Shown here: positions 19,609 through 29,373 of the stretch, in pieces
Position numbering within the stretch: the stretch's first letter is position 1
Layout: each line of letters begins with the position of its first letter
Source: Spirochaetaceae bacterium
Lineage (GTDB): Bacteria > Spirochaetota > Spirochaetia > DSM-2461
Assembly (NCBI GenBank): GCA_965224705.1
Contig: OZ245056.1
Span: 1,856,001-1,920,000, forward strand
Direction: 5' to 3'
Length of the DNA: 64,000 nucleotides
Position numbers and translations under genes: made by a program
Notes under the pieces: model-generated
The model's input: only the letters and a program-made list of their open reading frames with translations
The model's database searches: none
Told to the model about the DNA's origin: nothing

Positions 19609-19987
19609 CGACATCCAATTCATTCTGTGCCCCCCGGGATACTATCCTGAGAAATACTTTGTTTGGCAGGCAGGCAATCCATCCCGGCTGTTGGGATATC
19701 TGCCCCATGGATAGACAGATTTTGTCCCGACAGTCTGAATACATGACTCCCGCGGCTCCATCTTCCACCCTTATGACAGTTTTTCCTGCCGGGCCATAGA
19801 CGGTTATCTCCTCTTCTTCTGAGAGGAGCAGATAATAATGACCATCGGAGGTTTCAATGGAAACATAGCGGACTCCATCGCTGTTTCTTGATATAAAAAA
19901 GAATGAGGCTGATGTCAGGACGAGAAAAATTGCAATAAGAACCAGATCCAGCGGACGAATAGAAATCATATCAGAGAAATCATACAC
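19592..19987 (-). CDS. NusG domain II-containing protein
   Basis: N-terminal TM; SDCRDKICLSMGQIS...WIACLPNKV. Confidence 0.85.
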   Translation of the reverse strand: MYDFSDMISIRPLDLVLIAIFLVLTSASFFFISRNSDGVRYVSIETSDGHYYLLLSEEEEITVYGPAGKTVIRVEDGAAGVMYSDCRDKICLSMGQISQQPGWIACLPNKVFLRIVSRGAQNELDVDAGVF

Positions 19988-20130
19988 TGTTTGGACAATC
20001 GTGTTTACAACCCGAAATCAAGACTGTGATCTATGGTCATTTGAGTCCTTCCCATCAAAGTGCTTCCCCTCTTTATCACGAACAATGAATGGTACATTCA
20101 CCCTTTACTCATTCTTGAAGCGAATTCAAT

Positions 20131-20159
20131 TTGACGAAACGGAAATCTCTTTATATAAT
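20131..20159 (+). promoter_or_regulatory. Sigma70-type promoter for the 20195 gene
   Basis: TTGACG-17 bp-TATAAT, followed by SD AGGAGG. Confidence 0.75.
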
Positions 20160-20194
20160 TAGGTTTTGAGCAACAATACCCAGGAGGTAGATTC

Positions 20195-20719
20195 ATGAAA
20201 AAGATAGTGACAGCAGCTTTGCTTTGTATTGCTGTTGCCGGACCTGGATTCGCAGGTGGTCTGGATTTCCATATTGGTGCTGGTTGGCATTCTTCATTTT
20301 TTGGTGATGTAGAAGAAGTGTCCGGTTTTGGTCCTGCTGTTGCCAAAGCAAAAGTTATGCCCCTTGGTGTTGGCGGCTATGCCGGCATTGGATTTGGCGG
20401 TCTTTTTAATCTTGGGTTAGAGCTTGCTCCGAGTTGGGATTTTAATCTGGCTGGCTACAAAATGTCCAATTTCGCCCTTCAAGGCCGTCTTTACTTCAAA
20501 TTCAAATTCATTGAGTTATTTACGGCGACAGCCTTTGCAGGCTACACACTTAATTTTGCCGGCAGCCCTGAGAATCCAGCTTCTCTTGTTGGAACTCCAG
20601 TTGTAGGAGCCAGGGTAACAGTATTCATATTTTACGCTGAATACGCATTGAATTTTACTCCCAGCTTTGATGGGATTGCCAGGAATGAAGTTGGTTTAGG
20701 TGTTGCCTTTTTCAGATAG
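20195..20719 (+). CDS. Small predicted outer-membrane beta-barrel protein
   Basis: Signal peptide; Gly/aromatic amphipathic strands; ends GLGVAFFR; strong promoter and SD. Confidence 0.65.
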   Translation: MKKIVTAALLCIAVAGPGFAGGLDFHIGAGWHSSFFGDVEEVSGFGPAVAKAKVMPLGVGGYAGIGFGGLFNLGLELAPSWDFNLAGYKMSNFALQGRLYFKFKFIELFTATAFAGYTLNFAGSPENPASLVGTPVVGARVTVFIFYAEYALNFTPSFDGIARNEVGLGVAFFR

Positions 20720-20868
20720 AACCTCCGGTTCGCTTCAGGATTGTATCGCCAGGATTGTACAAATGATGAAAGCTGAATTGCTGCTCTACTGATGCTTCAA
20801 ACTTCTGCAGATGTATAGTTAATAGTTTTCAAACAGACTTTCTGAATTCGGGAGTATGTATTGAATTC

Positions 20869-20946
20869 AAAAACAGATTCAGAAAACTGACGAAGAGATT
20901 TTTGCCTGCCTGAATGCGGTGTACAGCGGACAAAAGGCAAAAATCG
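20869..20946. repeat. Structured intergenic repeat, family B
   Basis: TTCAGAAAACTGACGAAGAGATTTTTGCCTG matches the 24147 copy and the reverse complement of the 45654 copy; hairpin GATTTTTGCCT...AGGCAAAAATC. Confidence 0.7.
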
Positions 20947-21122
20947 AATCAAGAACTAAATGAGGGGAGGTTGGAGATCCCAATAGTATTAAATGAAGGG
21001 TTGAATGATATAATGCATGCGAATAGTACGGCTCCGTTGATTACATACGATTTGAAACACTACTGGGGAAACGTTCGGCCCCCTGTCTATCATGACTGAT
21101 AACTCTGATTCCCGGAGGACTT

Positions 21123-22724
21123 ATGGATCCTGAATTACAGCGTTTACTGGGAGATTTAGAGCCAGAGAGTGATACTCCGGGTTATTCTGAGATTTTCGGT
21201 GAAAAAGAACCGGTAGAGAGTGCAGAAACCGGCACGGTCGGTGGAGAGCTGACAAAGGACTGTTTTCCCCCGATAGGGAAATTGGAACAGGAACCTGATC
21301 CGGTTTTTTTAGAAGTTGACCATTACTCAAAAGCACTGACGGGTGTTGGTGATGCGTCCAACCGCCTTCATACAGCTCTTCAAAATTTCCTCAAGGAAAC
21401 TGATCTTCAGAAAAAGGGAAAGTTTCGCAAGGCCCTGATTGATTCTTACTGGGAATGGTTCTCACAACTGGCTGCTGTCTACAAGAAAAACCGGAATCAA
21501 CATCAGAAATGGGTAATTCGATACGGCTATCTTCTGCCGACACTGTTAACCGCCGAACAACGGTCAATGCTGGCAAAAGTCATCGAAAAAAATGAATATG
21601 ATGAACCTGTGCATTATCTGGATGAATGGATTGAACTCGTTTCATCCAGACTTGTGAATCCGTTGCTGACCGATGAAAGCCTCAGCTCAAAAAGATCATC
21701 CTACTCCATAACACAATCAAGAATAGAACAAACACGGGGAACAAAAGAAGCTTCCATAGCCATACTCCAGACCCTGTCTGTCAAACGTAATGAACTGGAA
21801 GCACAATTAAACAGTTGTGTGGAAATGCTTTTAATACCAAGTCCTCATCCCGGTATTCCCGGGCTGAATTCCCCTTACTCTTCAGAACAGCAAAGTGCTC
21901 TGACCCGGGGCACAAATACTCTCAGGGAATTAAATTCATTGAATCAGGATATTGCAATAAAAATTGCAAAGATTACAGAGTATGATAATCAAATTGAGAA
22001 GTTCAGCTCCCATCTTGATGACACGGATGAAGTGGTGGATCCCAATCTCATCACGAACGAGATAGCCAGTATACGGCAGATGATCAAGCTATGCGTAGGC
22101 CGCCAGGGAAACCATTTCCCATTTCTTATGAAATCCTTCCTGAGTTCCAGTATTTCATTAATCGCAACCCGTGAAAATGTGATACTGAAAATGGACGAAA
22201 TAGAAAAAATTGATCAGGGTGTTTTCCAGCGGACATTTAAACGAAAAACATTGAGAATCGTTCCACATACTATTATTGTGCCGTGCTATGGTAACCAGGG
22301 TCTTTGCTGGGAAGCCTTTGAAATCTACAATCGGGCAACAAGCAGGGGACGAATTGCAATCCCGATGTATCCAAAAGATCTCAGACTGGCTGTTATATAT
22401 GCTCTGGGAGACCTCCGGTGGAATGTAGCCAAGGAGAGAGCCGCCCAGTACTGGATGACAGAAGGTCTGACCGGTGAGTATTATCAGTACTTCTATGAAT
22501 CCGGGGGTAAGGGTGATGTAAAACTGCAGTTCATTGAAGACTATGTTCTCTGGATTACGAAAGAAGTCAATGGTGTGCAGAAACTTGCAAAGGAAACACG
22601 GGGCATCTTATGGAGATACATCCCATTCAAAGAGGAAGTCAGAGAGATTCTTCGGAAACGGGGTTATGTCTATGAGACTCTGTACAAAAAAGATATTAAC
22701 AGAAGCATATCGGATGGGTATTGA
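21123..22724 (+). CDS. Hypothetical cytoplasmic protein with central coiled coil
   Basis: 533-aa ORF with SD GGAGG; no recognised family. Confidence 0.8.
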   Translation: MDPELQRLLGDLEPESDTPGYSEIFGEKEPVESAETGTVGGELTKDCFPPIGKLEQEPDPVFLEVDHYSKALTGVGDASNRLHTALQNFLKETDLQKKGKFRKALIDSYWEWFSQLAAVYKKNRNQHQKWVIRYGYLLPTLLTAEQRSMLAKVIEKNEYDEPVHYLDEWIELVSSRLVNPLLTDESLSSKRSSYSITQSRIEQTRGTKEASIAILQTLSVKRNELEAQLNSCVEMLLIPSPHPGIPGLNSPYSSEQQSALTRGTNTLRELNSLNQDIAIKIAKITEYDNQIEKFSSHLDDTDEVVDPNLITNEIASIRQMIKLCVGRQGNHFPFLMKSFLSSSISLIATRENVILKMDEIEKIDQGVFQRTFKRKTLRIVPHTIIVPCYGNQGLCWEAFEIYNRATSRGRIAIPMYPKDLRLAVIYALGDLRWNVAKERAAQYWMTEGLTGEYYQYFYESGGKGDVKLQFIEDYVLWITKEVNGVQKLAKETRGILWRYIPFKEEVREILRKRGYVYETLYKKDINRSISDGY

Positions 22725-22745
22725 TTCTCATCGGATCAATAATCC

Positions 22746-23912
22746 TTACTTCTCAGCGAGTGCATAAATTGCAATAACATCTTTCTCTGTAAGTTTTTGA
22801 AGTCCGCCGAGAGACCCAAACCGCATGGCTTTTTTCGCCATGAGTTCATAGCGGTTATCGGTTATTCCCAATTCATGCAGCCGGGTGGGCATACCGATAG
22901 ACTTATAGAATGCTTCCTGACGGCGTATGCCTTCCAGGGCCGCTTCTTCTTCTTCGCCGGCTGTGTAGTCAATATTCCAGATCCGAACAGCAAATTGGAC
23001 GAATCGCTGAATATTCGTCTTCATCACATACTTCATCCATGCGGGAAAAACTACGGCGAGTCCTGCTCCATGGGTTACTCCGTATTGGGCTGAAAGCTCA
23101 TGCTCAATATTGTGGCTTGCCCAGTCATCAAGCCGTCCCTTTCCGATAAGATCTGTATGAGCCAGTGTTCCCGCCCACATGATTTCTGCCCGGTAGTTGT
23201 AGTCGGAAGGTTTCGCCAGTACCAGGGGAGCATTCTTTATAACACTCCGTATCACGGCCTCGCAGAGTCTGTCAGACAGGTCAACATGGGGAGTATTTGT
23301 GAAATACCTTTCCATCACATGAGTAATCATGTCCACTATACCGGCAGCCGTTTGATAGGGCGGCAGGGTGCAGGTAAGCTCCGGGTTCAGGAGCGAAAAG
23401 ACAGGACGCAGCGTTTCTGAAGCACAGTAAAATTTCGATTGTGTTGATTCTTCTGTAACAACGGAGCTGTTGCTGCCTTCGCTTCCTGCTGCCGGCAGAG
23501 TAAGAATGACACCAAGAGGCAGGGATTTCTCGATCACTGCCCTGCTTGTATAGAAATCCCATACATCCCCATCGTAAGGAACTCCCGCCGCAATGCCCTT
23601 GGCTGAGTCGATCACACTGCCTCCACCAATGGCCAGTATTCCGCTTACTTCCTCGGTACGGCAAAGGTCAATCCCCTTCCGTACAGTTTCCAATGAAGGA
23701 TTTGGAATAACTCCCCCAAGTTCTGTAAATCCTATCCCGGAGCGGCGAAGAATACTCGTCACTCTGGAATACAAACCGCTGTCTTTGATGCGGTTACTCC
23801 CATAATGCAGCAGGATTTTTGAACCAAGTCCGGGAGCATGATCCGCTAATGCCTCTTCAGCATTTCTGCCGAAGACGAATTGAGTAGGGCTGATAAAAGT
23901 GAAATCTAACAT
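22746..23912 (-). CDS. Iron-containing alcohol dehydrogenase (BdhA/YqhD butanol dehydrogenase-like)
   Basis: AIGGGSVIDSAK, DMITHVMERYF, SHNIEHELSA, HGAGLA. Confidence 0.92.
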   Translation of the reverse strand: MLDFTFISPTQFVFGRNAEEALADHAPGLGSKILLHYGSNRIKDSGLYSRVTSILRRSGIGFTELGGVIPNPSLETVRKGIDLCRTEEVSGILAIGGGSVIDSAKGIAAGVPYDGDVWDFYTSRAVIEKSLPLGVILTLPAAGSEGSNSSVVTEESTQSKFYCASETLRPVFSLLNPELTCTLPPYQTAAGIVDMITHVMERYFTNTPHVDLSDRLCEAVIRSVIKNAPLVLAKPSDYNYRAEIMWAGTLAHTDLIGKGRLDDWASHNIEHELSAQYGVTHGAGLAVVFPAWMKYVMKTNIQRFVQFAVRIWNIDYTAGEEEEAALEGIRRQEAFYKSIGMPTRLHELGITDNRYELMAKKAMRFGSLGGLQKLTEKDVIAIYALAEK

Positions 23913-24134
23913 GAGAACTCCTTAATCCATAATACTTCAACAAACCTGAGGCATTCAAGATGCCAGGAGTTTTGTAATGATCCGGCTTCTTCTTCCTGAA
24001 CTATGCATATTCTATCTATTTCCCCTGATTATATCTGTGAAATCATCATTCTGCCTGCGGAAAAGTGATAAAAATATAAAATTCCCTGAGTTTCACTGGA
24101 CACTTTTATTCTCCTGTGATAAGAAGTAATTAAG

Positions 24135-24238
24135 GGGAAAAACATCTTCAGAGACTGGCGAAGAGATTTTTGCCTGTCTGCGTGCGGCAGGCAGAAGTGG
24201 TACACCGCTGGGCTATATGAGTATTTTACAACGCCAGT
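24135..24238. repeat. Structured intergenic repeat, family B
   Basis: ACTGGCG...CGCCAGT inverted ends around GAAGAGATTTTTGCCTG and GCTGGGCTATATGAGTATTTTACAACG. Confidence 0.72.
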
Positions 24239-24296
24239 GATTTTTACAGGTGTCCTTAACATGGCGGTAAACAACCTCTGGAAAGAAGGAGAAAAG

Positions 24297-26618
24297 ATGG
24301 CAGTTAAACGATCGAAGGAACTGAACGGTCAGGATGTATTTCCAAAATGGGAAAAGATCAAAGATATGACGGATCAACTGATTGATTTGATGCTCAATGT
24401 TAGACAGAGCGGGCATCCCGGCGGCTCAAGATCCAAAATACATATGTTTGTTACGCTGTTCCTCAGTGGAGTCATGCGCTGGGATATCAGGAACCCTCAG
24501 AAGCGGTTCAGTGATAGATTTATTCTTTCAGCGGGTCATGTGGTACCGGGCATGTATGCATTACTCGCTGTTTTTAATGAATCCTTGAGAAGGAAATATA
24601 CCAGAACCGGTGATGCCCGATATAAACTGGATGCTGATGAACGGGTGTTGTTCTGGGAAGATTTACTCACGCTGCGCTATCGGAATGGGCTTCCCGGTCA
24701 TGCTGAAATGGCGGGTAAAACGAATATATTCAAGGCAAACACAGGTCCGTCAGGCCATGGGATGCCTGTAGCCGCAGGTGAAGCCATGGCATTGAAGTAT
24801 GCCGGTGCCGACGATGTGAAAGTCTTCGCTGTCGAAGGTGAGGGGGGGTTAACCCCGGGAATTACGCATGAGTCCTTGAATTCCGCATACGGTTTAGGAT
24901 TGGGAAATCTCTGCTTCCTGGTCGATTGGAACGATTATGGCATTGATGACAGACCCTACTCCTCCGTTGTATATGGAACTCCACAGGATTGGTTTGCCTC
25001 CCACGGCTGGCAAGTTTATGGGGGTGGTGATGGATCCGAATGGGCCAGTACACATAGGGCCTTTTCCGAACTCAATCAGTCTGACGACCGGAATACCCCG
25101 GCAGTGGCCTGGTTCAAAACCCGGAAGGGCAGGGGCTATGGGGTATATGACAATAAATCCCACGGAGCGGCACATCCATTTAACAATCAAACATTCTGGG
25201 CGACGAAGAAAGAGTTTACCGATAAATATGAAATCTCCTTTGAAGGGTATAATGAATCTGGCCCGGAGGACCTGGATGCCAGAATTGCCCAGGCAGAAAC
25301 CAACATGGAGAGAGTTCTTCAGGTTTTTGACCGGGATCCTGATCTTCTTGACTACCTGGCAGACAGGCTTGTGGAACTTGGCGACTCTGTACCCGAAGAT
25401 GAAGGCAATATCTGGGTAGACACTCGAAAAAACCCTCTGAAGGACTCAGTACTGACTGATATAAAAAAACTGCCGGATGATATTTTCGTCAGGCCGGGCG
25501 AAGTTGCCCCAAACCGGGCCGGTCTTTCCAAATACGCATCCTGGATTAACGCTTACACCGGGAAAAACTATGGCCGCCCACTGTATCTAGCCATGTCAGC
25601 AGACCTTGCGGATTCCACCAATATCTCCGGCTTTGGGAAACCTTACGGTGACTTCGATGGATACGGTTTCTACAACCGGGAGAAAAACCTCAAAGGCTGT
25701 ATGCTGCCCCAGGCCATCACTGAATTTGCCAATGCCGGGATATGTACAGGAATTGCTGCGACCAACTTTGCCGCTGATCCCGAATCAGAATTCAATGGAT
25801 TTCTGGCTGCATGTTCAACTTACGGATCGTTTTCCTATCTGAAGTATGGAGCATTCCGCATATTCAGCCAGATGGCCCAGGATGCTGAGGTGAAACTGGG
25901 AAAGGTACTCTGGGTCGCCGGACATTCCGGTCCTGAGACAGCGGAGGATTCCAGAACTCACTTCGGGATTTACTCTCCATCTGTGACACAGCTCTTTCCA
26001 AAAGGGAAAGTTATAAATCTCTATCCCTGGGAGCATAATGAAGTTGCTCCTATGCTGACAGCTGCCATGGCAGCTGATGTTCATATCATTGCCCTGCACC
26101 TTACAAGACCGGGTATTGCAATTCCTGATCGGAAAAAGCTTGGAATGGCTTCGCATCTGGATTCTGCAAAGGGTGCTTACCTCATCAGGGATTACAGGCC
26201 GGATCTTCCGAAGATGGGTACCATCTTTGTACAGGGAACAGTCAGTACAGCCAATGTTGTGGGCTTACTGGATGACCTGGACTCGAAGGAATTGAATGTC
26301 AAACTGGTAGCAGCGGTGAGTCCTGAACTCTTTCAACGGCAGTCTGATTCGTATAAGAAGTCCATCGCTGATGATGCGGACTGGATGAATTCAACTATTA
26401 TCAGCAGTTCTGCTGTCATTGCCATGCAGGATTGGCTGGGGAATCGTCTGTCCAGCGAATATGCCATCACGGCGGAGTGGGATAATAACTGGAGAACTGG
26501 AGGATCCCTGAATGAGGTGATGGAAGAAGCACATCTGTCCAGGGGCTGGCTGCTTAAAGGAATTGAACGATTTGCCCGAGATTATGATGCCCGGATAAAG
26601 CGGCTTGGAATCAAATAA
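24297..26618 (+). CDS. Transketolase-like ThDP enzyme (atypical, about 773 aa)
   Basis: SGHPGGS, DRFILSAGH, LPGHAE, TGPSGHG, SADLADST, GPETAEDSRTH; ThDP motif reads EGEGG...DWND; SD AAGGAG before 24297. Confidence 0.85.
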   Translation: MAVKRSKELNGQDVFPKWEKIKDMTDQLIDLMLNVRQSGHPGGSRSKIHMFVTLFLSGVMRWDIRNPQKRFSDRFILSAGHVVPGMYALLAVFNESLRRKYTRTGDARYKLDADERVLFWEDLLTLRYRNGLPGHAEMAGKTNIFKANTGPSGHGMPVAAGEAMALKYAGADDVKVFAVEGEGGLTPGITHESLNSAYGLGLGNLCFLVDWNDYGIDDRPYSSVVYGTPQDWFASHGWQVYGGGDGSEWASTHRAFSELNQSDDRNTPAVAWFKTRKGRGYGVYDNKSHGAAHPFNNQTFWATKKEFTDKYEISFEGYNESGPEDLDARIAQAETNMERVLQVFDRDPDLLDYLADRLVELGDSVPEDEGNIWVDTRKNPLKDSVLTDIKKLPDDIFVRPGEVAPNRAGLSKYASWINAYTGKNYGRPLYLAMSADLADSTNISGFGKPYGDFDGYGFYNREKNLKGCMLPQAITEFANAGICTGIAATNFAADPESEFNGFLAACSTYGSFSYLKYGAFRIFSQMAQDAEVKLGKVLWVAGHSGPETAEDSRTHFGIYSPSVTQLFPKGKVINLYPWEHNEVAPMLTAAMAADVHIIALHLTRPGIAIPDRKKLGMASHLDSAKGAYLIRDYRPDLPKMGTIFVQGTVSTANVVGLLDDLDSKELNVKLVAAVSPELFQRQSDSYKKSIADDADWMNSTIISSSAVIAMQDWLGNRLSSEYAITAEWDNNWRTGGSLNEVMEEAHLSRGWLLKGIERFARDYDARIKRLGIK

Positions 26619-26629
26619 AGGAGAGTAAA

Positions 26630-27829
26630 ATGAGAGCATTAACGAAGCGCTATAACCGTCTTGGTACAGAAACGGCTTTTGCTGTAGGGGCTGATGCATC
26701 CGAATGGGCCGACAAAGGCAATACAGTGTATCCATTTCATTTAGGTGATATAAATATACTCACCCCTGAATACATTCTCGAGGCTGCAATTAAAGCGGCC
26801 AGAGAAGGAAAGACCGGGTATACCCCGGGCCCTGGCATCCTGCCGCTCAGAGAAGCCCTGGCAGAAAACCTGGGCCGCTCCAGAGGATTGAATTTCACGG
26901 CTGAAAACATTTCTGTTCAACCAGGAGGCAAGCCTGTGATAGGTAAATTCCTGGCTGTCACTCTTGAGGAAGGTGCGGAGGCCCTCTATCCCAATCCCGG
27001 ATACCCAATATATGAGTCTCAAATAGAGTATCTGGGCGGCAGGGCACTCCCTTACGGATACAGGTCAACTGAAAAGGGCTTTGAAATCAATCGTCAGGAA
27101 ATTGAAAATCAGATTACCGACAGGACTTCTGTAATAATCTACAATAACTATCAGAATCCAATCGGGGCTGAATCCACTCCTGAAGAGATGCAGTGGGTGG
27201 CCGATCTGGCCCGGAAGCATAACCTGTGGGTTCTTGCTGATGAAGCATATTACGAAGTGCGCTACAGCGGAACCAGTAAAAGCATTGCTTCACTGCCCGG
27301 TATGGCGGAACGAACAGTCATCCTCTATACTTTTTCAAAGAAATTCGCCATGACAGGCTGGCGGCTTGGCTGTGCGGCAGGTCCGTCAGAATTGATGGAA
27401 GCCATTTCAAAATTCAACACCAATCAGGAATCCTGCTCCAACCATTTTGTTCAAGCGGCGGGAATTGCCTGTTTGAAGGGACCGGATGGCCCCCAGAATG
27501 AGATAATCAAGACATTGAGAGTTCGAAGAGATGCCCTTGTGGATGCCCTGCAGTCCATAGATGGGGTCAAAGTACCCAGACCGGAAACAACCTTCTATCT
27601 TTTTCCCGATGTAACAGAGGTTTACAAACGCAAAGGATATACAGACACTGCAAAGTTCAGGCTGGATGCCCTGCATGAAACCGGAGTATCATTTTGCTCA
27701 AGAGAGCATTTTGGCCGACCATTACCCGGAGAAGACCGGGTGTTTATCAGGTTTGCCTACAGTGGAATTGATATCGACCGTATTCAGGAAGGACTTGCAA
27801 AGCTTAAATCTTTCTGGGAACAGGTATAA
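26630..27829 (+). CDS. PLP-dependent aminotransferase class I/II (AspB-like)
   Basis: GYTPGPGILPLREA, NPGYPIY, NPIG, ADEAY, FSKKFAMTGWRLG (PLP lysine). Confidence 0.92.
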   Translation: MRALTKRYNRLGTETAFAVGADASEWADKGNTVYPFHLGDINILTPEYILEAAIKAAREGKTGYTPGPGILPLREALAENLGRSRGLNFTAENISVQPGGKPVIGKFLAVTLEEGAEALYPNPGYPIYESQIEYLGGRALPYGYRSTEKGFEINRQEIENQITDRTSVIIYNNYQNPIGAESTPEEMQWVADLARKHNLWVLADEAYYEVRYSGTSKSIASLPGMAERTVILYTFSKKFAMTGWRLGCAAGPSELMEAISKFNTNQESCSNHFVQAAGIACLKGPDGPQNEIIKTLRVRRDALVDALQSIDGVKVPRPETTFYLFPDVTEVYKRKGYTDTAKFRLDALHETGVSFCSREHFGRPLPGEDRVFIRFAYSGIDIDRIQEGLAKLKSFWEQV

Positions 27830-28624
27830 TTAGTGGTTATCTCCCATCAGCATGTTGCCAATCCCTCCCAGGAGCGATCCTTCACCTTTACTGGATCGAC
27901 CTGTCTGGGGTGCCGCTTTTATGATGCGGTTTGCCAGTCTGCTGAATGGTAAACTCTGTAATAACAGTGTACCATACCCACTCATATCAGCCAGAAAAAG
28001 GCCTTCACCACCGAACAGCATGGATTTGAGATCACCTGACCTGGTTATGTTGTAAGAAATTCCACTGGTAAAAGCAGCAAGACAACCCGTATCGACGAAT
28101 AGACGATTACCATTCATCGTGCGGGTTATCACGGTGCCGCCCACATGGATGAAAACCATACCATCCCCTCTCAATCGCTGAAGAATAAATCCTTCACCAC
28201 CGAAGAATCCAACGCTTAGTTTTCTTTGAAATGCAATATCGACGGAGGTTCCCATAGCTGCACAGAGAAATGCATCTTTCTGGCAGATGAGTTCACCTCC
28301 CATTTCTGATAGATCCAGGGCGAGTATTTTTCCTGGATAGGGAGCTGCAAAAGCCACTCGTTTTTTCCCACTCTTCCTATTGGTGAAGTGGGTCATAAAA
28401 ATGGATTCACCCGTCAGCACCCGTTTCCCCGCATCGGTGAGTTTCTTCCACATCCCTTCCTCGGGGGCGGATCCATCGCCCATTCTGGCCTCAAATTCTA
28501 TCCCTGAATCCATGTAATTCATTGCTCCTGCTTCGGCAATAACGGTTTCATTGGGATCAAGTTCAATCTCCACGACCTGCATATCATCGCCGAAGATTTC
28601 GTAGTCAATAACATGACTTGGCAT
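27830..28624 (-). CDS. TIGR00266 / AIM24 family protein
   Basis: [59 protein letters not shown]. Confidence 0.9.
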   Translation of the reverse strand: MPSHVIDYEIFGDDMQVVEIELDPNETVIAEAGAMNYMDSGIEFEARMGDGSAPEEGMWKKLTDAGKRVLTGESIFMTHFTNRKSGKKRVAFAAPYPGKILALDLSEMGGELICQKDAFLCAAMGTSVDIAFQRKLSVGFFGGEGFILQRLRGDGMVFIHVGGTVITRTMNGNRLFVDTGCLAAFTSGISYNITRSGDLKSMLFGGEGLFLADMSGYGTLLLQSLPFSRLANRIIKAAPQTGRSSKGEGSLLGGIGNMLMGDNH

Positions 28625-28701
28625 ATTGTCCTCCATATTCAAACTAAGAAGATAATAGCATCAATGCGTTTTCATTATAAGGCTGTTGTAATCCTTACCG
28701 G

Positions 28702-29306
28702 GTGTCAGAAAGCCTGTAAAACCCCCCTTCGACCCATCCCGGGAGTCCAATCCCATCCTAAACCTTCACATACAGCGGATCATAACGGCCAGATTCCACT
28801 CCCGGCAAAGATGTTGATGTGGTTGGGATAGTATTGAGAGAAGGAAAAGGACTCCAGTCCATCGGCGGCCATGGGGAGTTTTTTCAACAGCCGGGCATGG
28901 ATTGCCATGGCGGAACGGGCCAGTCTTTCGCATCGATTCTGCACCGTATCGGAAGAAACCTCCAGATGACGGCTGATGTCGTTCACACCGGAAGAGGTCA
29001 CCAGATGTTGGAGAAGTTCCTCGTAGTCGATGACTTTTTTCGCATAGTAATCAATTGAAAAAGTCTGGGCGGAAAAGGTTCTTTTGCAGTCATTGCAGAT
29101 GTAGCGCTGGACTGTTCCAAATGCTTCTGTGTGGTAGGAACTGTGTATCGAAAACCAGTTTTTTTGCTTCGGGACACTGAAATGGATACATTTCGGGTTG
29201 GGGCAGTGGGGGAATGGCATGGTCAAACTCCTTTATAAATTGTTTTCTTACTATGTTATAACGAGCCTGACAGGGGTTTTTGCTGTATTAACAAGCTTTC
29301 TGACAC
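28702..29306 (-). mobile_element. Internally deleted insertion sequence (605 bp), GTGTCAGAAAGC family (copy C)
   Basis: Ends GTGTCAGAAAGCCTGT / ACAAGCTTTCTGACAC enclose a transposase fragment. Confidence 0.85.
28780..29220 (-). pseudogene. Truncated transposase (IS1/InsA-like Zn finger, HTH, start of catalytic domain)
   Basis: CPNPKC...QRYICNDCKRTFS Zn finger; HTH VNDISRHLEVSSDTVQNR; DGLESF; then an abrupt out-of-frame junction. Confidence 0.8.
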
Positions 29307-29373
29307 TGGGAAAACTTTTCCACAACCATTTCACAGCTTGACAAAAAGATGAAAACAGATATCCTCACATCTT

